IMG/VR virus record: IMGVR_UViG_3300042356_002208 | DNA length: 64,000 bases | Direction: 5' to 3' (one strand) | Source: an uncultured virus (IMG/VR IMGVR_UViG_3300042356_002208) | Taxonomy: Duplodnaviria; Heunggongvirae; Uroviricota; Caudoviricetes | In this document: piece after piece, positions 38,951 to 47,391 of the stretch | Layout of the letters: each line of letters begins with the position of its first letter | How positions within the stretch are numbered: the first letter of the stretch is position 1 | Program-made: the position numbers and the translations under genes | Notes under the pieces: generated by a model | What the model was told of the DNA's origin: nothing | The model's input: the letters and a program-made list of their open reading frames with translations, nothing else | The model's database searches: none

Positions 38951-39121
38951 AATTTGTTTGTTTGTTAAGTAAATTTAATTAACCAGTTCTGGGAAAAAAA
39001 ATAATCTCTGATAAAAAACCCTCCAGTCGCTTGGCGTCCGGAGGATTTCTTTTTTGGGTGTATATGGACGGAATCTGAGATTCCGAGTGGAAACTTATAT
39101 ATTCGAAAGTGAATCAATTTT

Positions 39122-39394
39122 TTAGATAATTGCCCCTTGATCTCTTAAAGTCTTAACAACGGTAACTATCTTAGAGTGGTCAGCATTTTCAATCTCATCA
39201 AGGAGAGCTTCGATAGCTACTGATCCAAGATCAGATTCAATTTCTTCCTCTGTCCATTCCTTTTGAAGCATGAGATACCCAAGAGCTTTCAGATCAATCA
39301 CCTCGGCATCCTCCACGATGTTGCTTAAACTCTGTCTAAGCTTTAACCCTTCCACCATCTGGGATTGGTTTTTATATAACTCTATAGTTCTCAT
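39122..39394 (-). CDS. Hypothetical protein
   Basis: ORF track. Confidence 0.65.
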   Translation of the reverse strand: MRTIELYKNQSQMVEGLKLRQSLSNIVEDAEVIDLKALGYLMLQKEWTEEEIESDLGSVAIEALLDEIENADHSKIVTVVKTLRDQGAII

Positions 39395-39405
39395 CTTCCT
39401 TTAGT

Positions 39406-39675
39406 TTACTGATTCTTATTTCCGTTAACTCTTATAACTGAGGCATAAGCTAGAAATAGCATAATAAGGATTGCACCAAACCAACTTCTAAAACCAACCC
39501 TAACCTCATCGAAACCTAAAAGCTGTAATCCCCATACTAGTAATAGAGGAATCGATAGTATGATAGCTGCTGCTAAAATAACTAACGGTACTGCTATTAA
39601 CAATTGTGAGGCTTTGAAGTTCCCAGATGATATCGTCTTACCCGCTTCTGCTATTTTTCTTAAAATCTTTTTCAT
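39406..39675 (-). CDS. Membrane protein
   Basis: Two hydrophobic helices. Confidence 0.65.
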   Translation of the reverse strand: MKKILRKIAEAGKTISSGNFKASQLLIAVPLVILAAAIILSIPLLLVWGLQLLGFDEVRVGFRSWFGAILIMLFLAYASVIRVNGNKNQ

Positions 39676-39679
39676 AGTC

Positions 39680-39955
39680 CTACTTCTTTCCTAGATTCTT
39701 AATAGCTGGACTATCCCAAGGTTCTGTTTCATCGTGTCTCACGTTCCACACCTCTTCACCGTCGATGTTAATCTTGATGATTGGTCCGTTCTTGGTTTGA
39801 GTTACACTAGAGATACCCTTGATATAAGCTCCCGGTCTCTTAACCTTATCATAAATGAAGGTCTTTCCTCCTTCGTGGATTACAGTTACCTCGTGTCCTC
39901 CTGGCTCCACACTTAGTGGATTTGTTCTGTACTCGTCTTTTACTTTGACTGGCAT
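39680..39955 (-). CDS. Hypothetical protein
   Basis: ORF track. Confidence 0.65.
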   Translation of the reverse strand: MPVKVKDEYRTNPLSVEPGGHEVTVIHEGGKTFIYDKVKRPGAYIKGISSVTQTKNGPIIKINIDGEEVWNVRHDETEPWDSPAIKNLGKK

Positions 39956-39973
39956 ATGTTATTATTTAAAACG

Positions 39974-40312
39974 TTAATCTCGGTACGGATCCAGATCTGA
40001 GTTTGGAATTAGATTCCAGCTCTTCTCAGCTCCTGGACTTCTCATAAGACTTATAGATGTTGCCTCCTCCTTTAGTTTCACCAAAGCTTCAACATAATCT
40101 CCATCTTTAAGAAGATCCAGAATCTCTTTAGCCGTATGACTTTCAACCTCTGCTTGATAAACAACAGCATGTCTGTGTCTATTAGCATTTGCTCTCAATG
40201 CCATTATCGACAGCTCTTTGGGATCAGCATTAAATTGCTCGACCTCTGAATCAAACTGCTGAGGTTTGAAACTCTCTATACCATGTGCATCCGCTATACC
40301 GTAGAATATCAT
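39974..40312 (-). CDS. Hypothetical protein
   Basis: ORF track. Confidence 0.65.
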   Translation of the reverse strand: MIFYGIADAHGIESFKPQQFDSEVEQFNADPKELSIMALRANANRHRHAVVYQAEVESHTAKEILDLLKDGDYVEALVKLKEEATSISLMRSPGAEKSWNLIPNSDLDPYRD

Positions 40313-40328
40313 TTTCTAAAAATTATTT

Positions 40329-40946
40329 TTATGCTATTAACTTATGTATCCCTTCTGGAATTCTTTTACTTAGTCTCGTAACTGTTACGATTCCAATTAC
40401 TGCACACATCACATGGAAGAGATGAGCTACACCGTCGTCAGAGGCCATCATACCCAAATCACCCATCATAATAAGGAAAAAGAATCCATAGGCAAATATC
40501 TTAGACACAACTAACTTTCTGCTAAATATGAATCTCCCCATTAAAAAGTAGAATACTCCAGAGGATCCAATTACCGGCCATGATAGACCCAGAATGAATA
40601 TTGGTATGTAAATAGTGGATAGAATTGCTGAGGTCCAGAACAGCTTCTTCAGATCATAACCCTGGTTTACCTCTGGCAGGAGAAAGATGAATAGTATAAG
40701 GAGATTTCCGAAGAGATGACCAAAATCTGCATGGAATGCACCGTTGATGAATGGCATCATACCCACAACGTAACCTGCTCCTTCTGCTGAAACACCTACT
40801 GCCATGAGTAGTGAAACGAATATAGCGTACACGCCAATTAGAACTATAAATATCCCGCCAAGCATTAGCGAGGTGATCAAGGCTTTCTTGATCTGACCTA
40901 GTATCTTATAAATACCAGTATCCATTGTTAAACTTAGATTTTCCAT
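40329..40946 (-). CDS. Rhomboid-family intramembrane serine protease
   Basis: FHADFGHLFGN, IGSSG, VAHLFH, multiple TM helices; start likely MENLSL. Confidence 0.75.
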   Translation of the reverse strand: MENLSLTMDTGIYKILGQIKKALITSLMLGGIFIVLIGVYAIFVSLLMAVGVSAEGAGYVVGMMPFINGAFHADFGHLFGNLLILFIFLLPEVNQGYDLKKLFWTSAILSTIYIPIFILGLSWPVIGSSGVFYFLMGRFIFSRKLVVSKIFAYGFFFLIMMGDLGMMASDDGVAHLFHVMCAVIGIVTVTRLSKRIPEGIHKLIA

Positions 40947-41183
40947 AATACACCCTTTTGATTTACTCAACTAAATTAATCCACTAACACGGGATAAAAA
41001 AATAAACCATAAAAAAAGCGGACCGTAAATTCGTGTCCGCTCTTTTATCTTTTGAAATTGGGCTATGTCTCTATATATTGTTGATGCAATTCATTTCTTT
41101 CGAAACGTAAGAAAAATATTCAGAGCAGAATGTGTTACACCTCGGAGAGTCTCTCACGGTGTATTGAAGGAGTTTCTAGAATT

Positions 41184-41390
41184 CTAAACTCTAGAACTAG
41201 ACTTCTTAACGTAGGCTAGATAAGCATCTCTCCTTGACTCTAACACTGAGTTAACCAAATGAACGGATTTCTTTTCAAGTTCTCCCTTAACCCTTGGAAG
41301 GTTAATGTCTCCGTGTTTCTCGTGGTCTTTTTTGATTTCTTGAAAGATGACGTCCTGTTCAAGTTCTCTGTCTGATGGTTTCATTCTCAT
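41184..41390 (-). CDS. Hypothetical protein
   Basis: ORF track; coupled operon. Confidence 0.6.
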   Translation of the reverse strand: MRMKPSDRELEQDVIFQEIKKDHEKHGDINLPRVKGELEKKSVHLVNSVLESRRDAYLAYVKKSSSRV

Positions 41391-41575
41391 TTTTTATTTT
41401 CTTTGGAGATTAGTAATCCCACACAATGTAGCAATATTTCGTGTTTATCCTCTGGATTAATTTTGCTGTTCTCTAACTCTCTTCGGACTGCTATTGTTTG
41501 GAGGTATAGACTTTTTGCGGTCTTCTCCACCATCTTTCGGTAATCTTGAAGTAGCTCTTCTGTTCTAGGATCCAT
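41387..41575 (-). CDS. Hypothetical protein
   Basis: ORF track; coupled operon. Confidence 0.6.
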   Translation of the reverse strand: MDPRTEELLQDYRKMVEKTAKSLYLQTIAVRRELENSKINPEDKHEILLHCVGLLISKENKK

Positions 41576-41578
41576 ATA

Positions 41579-41785
41579 CTATTTATCTGATTTTTTAATC
41601 TTTGGTTTTTCAGGTTCTATCATTCCACCACCACCGCACATCTTACTAACACAGCGGAAGCACGTTACCGCGTCCGCTTTACTATCTACGTTACGTACCT
41701 TCTCTCCACAAAGTTTACAAGGAAGGGTTTGACTAGACCTTGGAGTGTTACCCCTTCCGGTCGGTTTATTAACTCTTAGTGCCAT
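41579..41785 (-). CDS. Small zinc-finger-like protein
   Basis: CKLC..CFRC. Confidence 0.6.
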   Translation of the reverse strand: MALRVNKPTGRGNTPRSSQTLPCKLCGEKVRNVDSKADAVTCFRCVSKMCGGGGMIEPEKPKIKKSDK

Positions 41786-42134
41786 TGGATAAACTTTTTA
41801 CTTCTTCCATATCTTCAATCACTTTCCAATCTGGTTCTATCACAAAGTCAGGAATATGTTTCTCAACAAACCATTTAACAAATGAGCATCTCTCATATTC
41901 TTCCCTGTGTAGGAAAAGAGCCATCATGCGATTGATAGCCATTTTGATCGCGTCTGGATCTCCATCCTCGAGGGCCTCTACCCCTCTAACGTGTAGCACA
42001 CTGTATGCCGCGTAACAACCATCAACAAACTCTCTCACCGCTGCTTCTCTCATTCTCTGTTGGGTTGTCTTGATCTTCTTGTGGATATCATCTCCGAAAT
42101 ACGGGTGATCATCGCTTCTTTCATCATCAAACAT
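41769..42134 (-). CDS. Hypothetical protein with UVR-like EEYERC motif
   Basis: ORF track. Confidence 0.6.
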   Translation of the reverse strand: MFDDERSDDHPYFGDDIHKKIKTTQQRMREAAVREFVDGCYAAYSVLHVRGVEALEDGDPDAIKMAINRMMALFLHREEYERCSFVKWFVEKHIPDFVIEPDWKVIEDMEEVKSLSNGTKS

Positions 42135-42146
42135 AATTTCCCTTTC

Positions 42147-42395
42147 CTATTGTGTAATTATCATTTCAGTCTTACTTAGACCTAATTCCTTAACCTCTCG
42201 GTATAGTGTTCCGCCTTCCGATACGATCTCCATCTCACCCTCGAATTCTGAACTGGTATCTTTTCTGATTTTCTCTCTGAGGATAGCACCGCCGGCCAGA
42301 TAAGCACGATTCTTGATATCGTAGTGCTTGGCCTTGTTATCTGTGGTGCATACAAATCTAATAGCTGCCATATCTTTCTTTTCTGTATCTATCAT
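42147..42395 (-). CDS. Hypothetical protein
   Basis: ORF track. Confidence 0.6.
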   Translation of the reverse strand: MIDTEKKDMAAIRFVCTTDNKAKHYDIKNRAYLAGGAILREKIRKDTSSEFEGEMEIVSEGGTLYREVKELGLSKTEMIITQ

Positions 42396-42440
42396 TATAG
42401 ATTTCTAGTGGAAAAAGATTTCGTATCGGACGGTCTTGGG

Positions 42441-42605
42441 TTACACCGCGGGTTGACGCATATCTGCTAACCAACCTTTAAATAAGCTTCGCTCTTTTCC
42501 GTTTAGCGTTCCGTGAAATGTTAGGAATGATCCTGCAGATGCTTGGAAGTCTGCTACTAATTGCTCTAAAGAGCGAGTGCTTGTGTTTTTCTTTGCTTTG
42601 TTCAT
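42441..42605 (-). CDS. Small hypothetical protein (54 aa)
   Basis: Manual: MNKAKKNTSTRSLEQLVADFQASAGSFLTF... Confidence 0.55.
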   Translation of the reverse strand: MNKAKKNTSTRSLEQLVADFQASAGSFLTFHGTLNGKERSLFKGWLADMRQPAV

Positions 42606-42636
42606 GATATTTGGATTTTAATTGTTTACTTGTTAA

Positions 42637-43284
42637 TTAGCTATTCCAGATAGATCCGTCTTCTAGAAACTCGTATTCTCTTTCTTCTATTCTGTATTCT
42701 ACGTTCTCGTCATCGAAGTAAGCATCTATCCCGGTAAGGATTCTGTCATGGATATCAGAAATGTGTGAGTCGAACTTTTCCTTGGCCAATTCCAAGATAC
42801 CTATCAACACGTCTCCCATGATCTCCCCATTCAATTCATTGTGTTCAAATTCTATGGTGGTGGACTTAGACCATCTGATGAAGTCCTCAGGGATAGAAGC
42901 CCCTATGCGATATTCAACACTCTCGTGGAATATCTCCGGGATTCCTAACCAGAGTTTGAACATACGATCGTTGGTTATCTCTAAGGCTTCTCCTAAGATA
43001 ATGGTTGCTCCCGGATCCGGATCGAAGCTCTTGATCTTCCTGCGGTTCTTGAAAACGAACTGCCCATACTTACCGTCGGAAGTTCTGTTCTCCTCATAGT
43101 AGTTGTCCCCACAGGTCTTAACCATTTCCTCATGCTTGGGTTCGAAGAGAGCACAGTCATCAACGGCCCAGTTGTAAGCCTCGTGCCATTCGTTCGATTC
43201 CATCTCTTCTCTAACCGATTCGATTGCTAATTCTTTAGCCTCCGGATTCAATTCAGAAAATTCGTAAATGCAAATTGTTTTCAT
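42637..43284 (-). CDS. Acidic hypothetical early protein
   Basis: YEFSELNPEAKELAIE..YEFLEDG; promoter upstream. Confidence 0.7.
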   Translation of the reverse strand: MKTICIYEFSELNPEAKELAIESVREEMESNEWHEAYNWAVDDCALFEPKHEEMVKTCGDNYYEENRTSDGKYGQFVFKNRRKIKSFDPDPGATIILGEALEITNDRMFKLWLGIPEIFHESVEYRIGASIPEDFIRWSKSTTIEFEHNELNGEIMGDVLIGILELAKEKFDSHISDIHDRILTGIDAYFDDENVEYRIEEREYEFLEDGSIWNS

Positions 43285-43383
43285 TTTGTTTGTTTTGATA
43301 ATTCTAAATTAAGTATTCAGTTCCAGGAAAAAAATTTTTTCTTTATCTAATTATAAGGAAAAAAATGGAAAAAGTAAACCCCT

Positions 43384-43545
43384 TTAGAAAAAAATTTTGA
43401 AAAAAATTGCGGAGATAGAAATTACTGCTGTAAGGATTGAGCACCAAAGAATAATGGTCGCGGAAGTTTCGTAGTTTCTTTGACTCTTACCTTGAAAAGA
43501 TTCCTGAGTCCATTTACCCTTTGTTTTATCTTTAGTGGTCTTCAT
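43384..43545 (-). CDS. Small membrane protein (53 aa)
   Basis: Manual: MKTTKDKTKGKWTQESFQGKSQRNYETSATIILWCSILTAVISISAIFFKIFF. Confidence 0.55.
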   Translation of the reverse strand: MKTTKDKTKGKWTQESFQGKSQRNYETSATIILWCSILTAVISISAIFFKIFF

Positions 43546-43577
43546 ATAATTTGATTTGGTGTAAATTATATATTGGA

Positions 43578-43973
43578 TTAACCAAACACTATATCTTTAA
43601 AGAACACGGTCTGGATAATACAGTCTGCTGTCTCAGCGTCGTCCTGTTCGTTGATCATGTCCATTAAGAATCGTGTGGGTGTAAGAGGAAGTCTTTCATA
43701 GACGTCTTCCATTTTGATTCGGCTGGTGTATTCACCGTCGCATTCCTCGTCGATCAGAACCAGCTCTCCTCCTTCTCTGAGGATCTGCATGAGCACGTCC
43801 TCATAACAGATAGTTTCGTTAGGCGTGGCCTTCTTAAGTGTTTTCTTTGCTTTTTCGTATGCCTTGTCTTCGAAGTCGAGGACTAGACCGTAGCCTCCAA
43901 TGTAGCCTAAGCCGTTGCATAATGCGCTGTAGAAGATCTCTTCTGCTTCTTTCTTTTCAAAGGTAATTTTCAT
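43578..43973 (-). CDS. Hypothetical early protein
   Basis: DAETADCIIQ..F.DIVFG; promoter upstream. Confidence 0.7.
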   Translation of the reverse strand: MKITFEKKEAEEIFYSALCNGLGYIGGYGLVLDFEDKAYEKAKKTLKKATPNETICYEDVLMQILREGGELVLIDEECDGEYTSRIKMEDVYERLPLTPTRFLMDMINEQDDAETADCIIQTVFFKDIVFG

Positions 43974-44033
43974 GGTGTTCTTTTTTTGGTTAAATCAAAG
44001 ATAACCATTCGGTTCCAGGAAAAAAAATAATTA

Positions 44034-44249
44034 CTAAACTTTTTCTTGAGAGAGATACGCGAACATCGGGCAGATAAAAAGAAAGAGGAATGGCTTATAG
44101 ATGTTCGGCCATTCAATAGGATTAATCTCGTTTAAATGTAGTGAGAGACCGAGCCATATGATTAAAAAACTAAAGACTAGAAATTTACCTTGTTTCATAA
44201 AGGCAAATCTGTTGCTCTCTTTGCAGCACTTAAATCTTTTGATTCCCAT
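44034..44249 (-). CDS. Small membrane protein
   Basis: Two hydrophobic segments; GATATATA upstream. Confidence 0.45.
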   Translation of the reverse strand: MGIKRFKCCKESNRFAFMKQGKFLVFSFLIIWLGLSLHLNEINPIEWPNIYKPFLFLFICPMFAYLSQEKV

Positions 44250-44594
44250 GCTTTATATATCGGAATTCTATTTATGAAGTTCGGTGTTGTGTTTAGCGGT
44301 TGAAGAGGGTAACACCGTGGGTGAGGTGTGGTAAGGGGTCTAACCTTTAGCCCCAGTCTTATAATTCTTTGGGATAGCATGATCTATTGGCAAGAGCCGG
44401 GATGGCTCTTAAGTAAAGAGATAAGCTACAACACCTATTGCCAAGAACCATCCAGCTATTATCAGTGCTATCACTAGATCGCTTTTATCTTTTGGATTCT
44501 TCATACTTTCAAATATAACGTTTAGACTCGGGGTAAAAAAATAATGGCCAGGTTTTGCGCCCGACCACAGAGTATGTTACGAAGATACTATCTT

Positions 44595-45389
44595 TCACAG
44601 CTCAAATAGTTTGCTTAGCTCATAGACAGCACCAGAGACTTTTTTCTTGATATTAGAACCAGGACCGTAATTACCTCTTCTCATCACGAACTCCATAGTG
44701 CCAATCAAATCCTCTGCCAGTTCAGCATCTAGCTTACATAGCAACTTACCATCTTCCCAGCCTTCCATGCCTTCTCCTACATTCTCAACATCTCTATCTC
44801 TAGCATCCCAGAGATCAGTAGCGTAGTTGATGCAAGTGTCCTCATCAATCTCCGTCTCATTCTCTTCATCATCTCCATAGACAGTGATCAGCTGATAGTC
44901 ATCCGGAACCTCATCGATGTTAAGCACCCAAGCTCCACCTCCCACGGAGTCCTTGCCATGCAGCAGAGTAAAGCCAATGCTGCTATCACCTAGGAATGAC
45001 ATAGTGGTAAACTTCTGTTGGGCCGGGGTGTATTCGATCTCCCTTGTTGGATCAGGTCCATCTGGTTGGTTTGCCGGGTGGTAACTTAGATTATCAAACC
45101 AGTCTCCCTCATAGAGTTCCTTATAGATCTTCAGAGCCTTTGGTTCATCCACGAATCCCTTCCGGATAAGCCGAGTGTAATACCGTGGGTTTTCTGCTAG
45201 GTGATCCATAGCTATCTCCTCGGCCTTGGCCTCACTGTTGGTGTGTTCCATCTCAACGGCTACGCCAACCTTCAGCTGCTTCTCCAGGCTCTTGATTCCT
45301 ACACCGTGGATCTTGGCGAGATCCTTTAGGCTCTTGCCAGAGGCTCTGCCTCCTGGGATATACTCTTCAAATATTTTAACATGTTTCAT
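44595..45389 (-). CDS. DUF5661-like protein with N-terminal tag
   Basis: GVAVEMEHT..AEEIAMDHLAENPRYYTRL; MKHVKIFEEY; GATATATA upstream. Confidence 0.65.
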   Translation of the reverse strand: MKHVKIFEEYIPGGRASGKSLKDLAKIHGVGIKSLEKQLKVGVAVEMEHTNSEAKAEEIAMDHLAENPRYYTRLIRKGFVDEPKALKIYKELYEGDWFDNLSYHPANQPDGPDPTREIEYTPAQQKFTTMSFLGDSSIGFTLLHGKDSVGGGAWVLNIDEVPDDYQLITVYGDDEENETEIDEDTCINYATDLWDARDRDVENVGEGMEGWEDGKLLCKLDAELAEDLIGTMEFVMRRGNYGPGSNIKKKVSGAVYELSKLFEL

Positions 45390-45419
45390 AGTGATCTATA
45401 TATCCAAATTCTTCGGGGG

Positions 45420-45920
45420 GTTTTCTGAGGGGTAACACCGTGGGAAACCCGCCCCAAATAGTTATGTATTATCCTTATCCTTCTCCCTATAGATAGAGTA
45501 GACATGAGTAGATTCCGTCTCCTGATCCTATAGAGAGAGGTAGAGTGAGGCGAGGCGAGATACCTAAGAGATAACCGCGGTGTCTGAGGCTGGAATCGGG
45601 GCGAGAAATCCTAGGGATTCGGGGCGGGCCGAGTTAACCTAGTTAACCCGGGCTAAAATTCCAGTTTTTACCATTGCTTACCAGGAATTACCCCGGGTTA
45701 GTGGGAGGCTGGGTTAACCCGGGCTAAGCGGGGGTGGTTAACCCGGGCTAACGGGGCTATCCGAGAACACCCTTGTTCGCACCCTGGGTGGTTGCTCGGC
45801 CCTGGAGAGGGGCTGCCGGGAGGGCCAAGTTTTCGCATACGAGTACCTATATGAGTGCCTCCACGTGCTTCCCACTCAGATGAACATGGCTGTGCATACT
45901 ATCTTACTAACATACTATGT
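45420..45920. repeat. GC-rich non-coding block with GTTAACCCGGGCTAA x3
   Basis: Exact 15-mers at 45642, 45713, 45737; inverted variant at 45688. Confidence 0.8.
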
Positions 45921-45956
45921 TGTTGGGGGTTAGTTTGGGATCAGTTCTGGGATCTC

Positions 45957-46379
45957 CTACAGATCTACTCGGGTCCAGGTACCATCGGAGTTTAGCACAC
46001 CAGAATACAGGTACTTCTGCTTCCATTCTCTGGGAGATATGAGACTTAGGAACTGGGTGCCATCTGCCTTCTCATATAGATGATACACCTCTCCTAGTAC
46101 AGGCTCGAATGATCTGGTTGCAGAGTATAGCTGTAGGTTGAGTGCATAGTCTTCTTGTAGGGATTTCACAGCACTAGCTATCTCCTCTGCTCTCTTCTGT
46201 AGTGACTTGCTCACCTTGTGTGCCTGTAGTGTATTGAACGCTGATAGATCTACTGTCTCTATCTTAGGTGCTGCTACATGGTGTGGATAAGGTAGTAGAT
46301 TAGGTTTCATGTTTACCTTGTCTATATGCGATTGTGTGCTCATGCTCTTTAGTGTGTGTGACTGTACTCTATCTATCAC
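45957..46379 (-). CDS. DUF2452-like protein
   Basis: LPYP..V.APKI..FEPVLGEVYHLY..FLSLISPREW; start uncertain. Confidence 0.65.
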   Translation of the reverse strand: MIDRVQSHTLKSMSTQSHIDKVNMKPNLLPYPHHVAAPKIETVDLSAFNTLQAHKVSKSLQKRAEEIASAVKSLQEDYALNLQLYSATRSFEPVLGEVYHLYEKADGTQFLSLISPREWKQKYLYSGVLNSDGTWTRVDL

Positions 46380-46505
46380 TACCTCTATCTATAGGAGACG
46401 GAACATATACTACATCTATTTGGTGGGCGGGCCCCTCCTGGGGATTTGGTCCCAAAAGCCCCCAACACATTTTTTTTTAGACCGGGATGATGCCTTATAT
46501 TGAGA

Positions 46506-46513
46506 GATATATA
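46506..46513 (+). promoter_or_regulatory. (G/A)ATATATA putative late promoter (representative copy)
   Basis: Same motif shortly before many tagged genes: plus strand near 7543, 18218, 26058, 34848, 36603, 51410, 54002, 59883; minus strand near 4960, 7525, 9658, 12610, 13268, 15716, 16369, 17540, 21165, 45396, 63275. Confidence 0.7.
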
Positions 46514-46518
46514 GTGGG

Positions 46519-47391
46519 ATGAAAAATCTGAAGACGTATCGCCAACTGTTTGAGAGTGTGGGAGAGCTTACACCAGAGCAGATCGAGTGGTTGGACAAGT
46601 GCACTGATGGTACCTGGAAGATCAATCCACAAACCGGACTTGTTGATGTGGATGGGGATTTCAATTGCTCTGAACAGGACCTGACAGATTTCAAAGGGAT
46701 TAGGTTTGGAGTGGTCAGTGGGTATTTCTATTGCAGCAACAACCAGCTCATCTCCCTAGAGGGAGCACCACAGAAGGTTGGAGAGGATTTCTATTGTAGG
46801 TACAACCAGCTCACCTCGCTGGTGGGAGCACCTCAGGAAGTCGGAGCGAATTTCAATTGTGAGGACAACCAGCTCATCTCCCTAGAGGGAGCACCTCAGC
46901 GGGTTGGACATGATTTCTATTGCAGCGACAACCAGCTCACCTCACTGGAGGGAGCACCACAGCGGGTCGGAAGAGGTTTCAGTTGTAACAACAACCAGCT
47001 CACCTCGCTGGAGGGGGCACCACAGGAGGTAGGAGAGCGTTTCCTTTGTGAGGGCAACAACCTCACCTCACTGGAGGGAGCACCACAGGAGGTCGGTGGA
47101 AGTTTCAATTGCGATAGAAACCAACTTACCTCTCTGGAGGGAGCACCACAAAAGGTTGGAGGGGGTTTCTATTGTGAGAAAAACCCCGTTTCTGAAGAGA
47201 CACTCAAGAGCATATTCTCCCTCACGAAGGAAGGGAATAGCTACCTGCAGGCTGTGGAGACACTCTGGAACGAGATTCCATTAGATGATCAGGCTCTGTT
47301 ATACAGACCAGAGTTCGAGTGGGTGAGTCCAGAGTTTGGTAAGAAGCTGGATGTCATTAAGGCTTACGCTGGATTTAAAGGCATGATATAA
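46519..47391 (+). CDS. LRR protein, 7 x 21-aa repeats
   Basis: 63-bp repeat FxCxxNQLTSLEGAPQxVxxx. Confidence 0.95.
   Translation: MKNLKTYRQLFESVGELTPEQIEWLDKCTDGTWKINPQTGLVDVDGDFNCSEQDLTDFKGIRFGVVSGYFYCSNNQLISLEGAPQKVGEDFYCRYNQLTSLVGAPQEVGANFNCEDNQLISLEGAPQRVGHDFYCSDNQLTSLEGAPQRVGRGFSCNNNQLTSLEGAPQEVGERFLCEGNNLTSLEGAPQEVGGSFNCDRNQLTSLEGAPQKVGGGFYCEKNPVSEETLKSIFSLTKEGNSYLQAVETLWNEIPLDDQALLYRPEFEWVSPEFGKKLDVIKAYAGFKGMI

Larger units (their letters stand above)
16972..41045 (-). terminator. Dispersed intrinsic terminators of early units (hairpin + TTTTTT, often followed by GTG, on minus strand)
   Basis: e.g. 16972-17000, 17891-17920, 18590-18616, 18915-18950, 19531-19564, 20492-20519, 21251-21283, 22998-23024, 23741-23768, 24297-24328, 26551-26585, 28844-28880, 29423-29456, 31210-31241, 31831-31860, 37515-37542, 39013-39048, 41010-41045. 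Confidence 0.85.
17139..44541 (-). promoter_or_regulatory. Dispersed family of about 30 leftward early-type promoters
   Basis: Minus-strand consensus TTTTTTT(A/T)(T/C)CC-N~12-TA(T/C)(A/T)TTT(A/G)-N4-6-ATAACCAATTAAAA-N3-10-ATG. Copies near 17140, 18140, 18805, 19940, 21480, 21725, 22110, 22855, 23605, 24160, 24650, 25220, 25550, 25950, 27440, 28190, 28690, 29835, 30805, 31075, 31710, 32325, 33710, 34785, 36545, 38965, 43300, 43990; two outliers near 53300 and 63800. Confidence 0.85.
20437..45916. repeat. Dispersed 19-bp site AGTAT(G/C)-TTACnan-(C/G)ATACT
   Basis: 20437-20455, 26959-26977, 32407-32425, 44571-44589, degenerate 45898-45916; all intergenic, same orientation. Confidence 0.8.

Noticed and set aside
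44311..44320. TAACACCGTG match to lambda OR2 half-site
   Set aside because: Short coincidental match; no lambdoid CI/Cro switch here, treated as part of the local CACCG family
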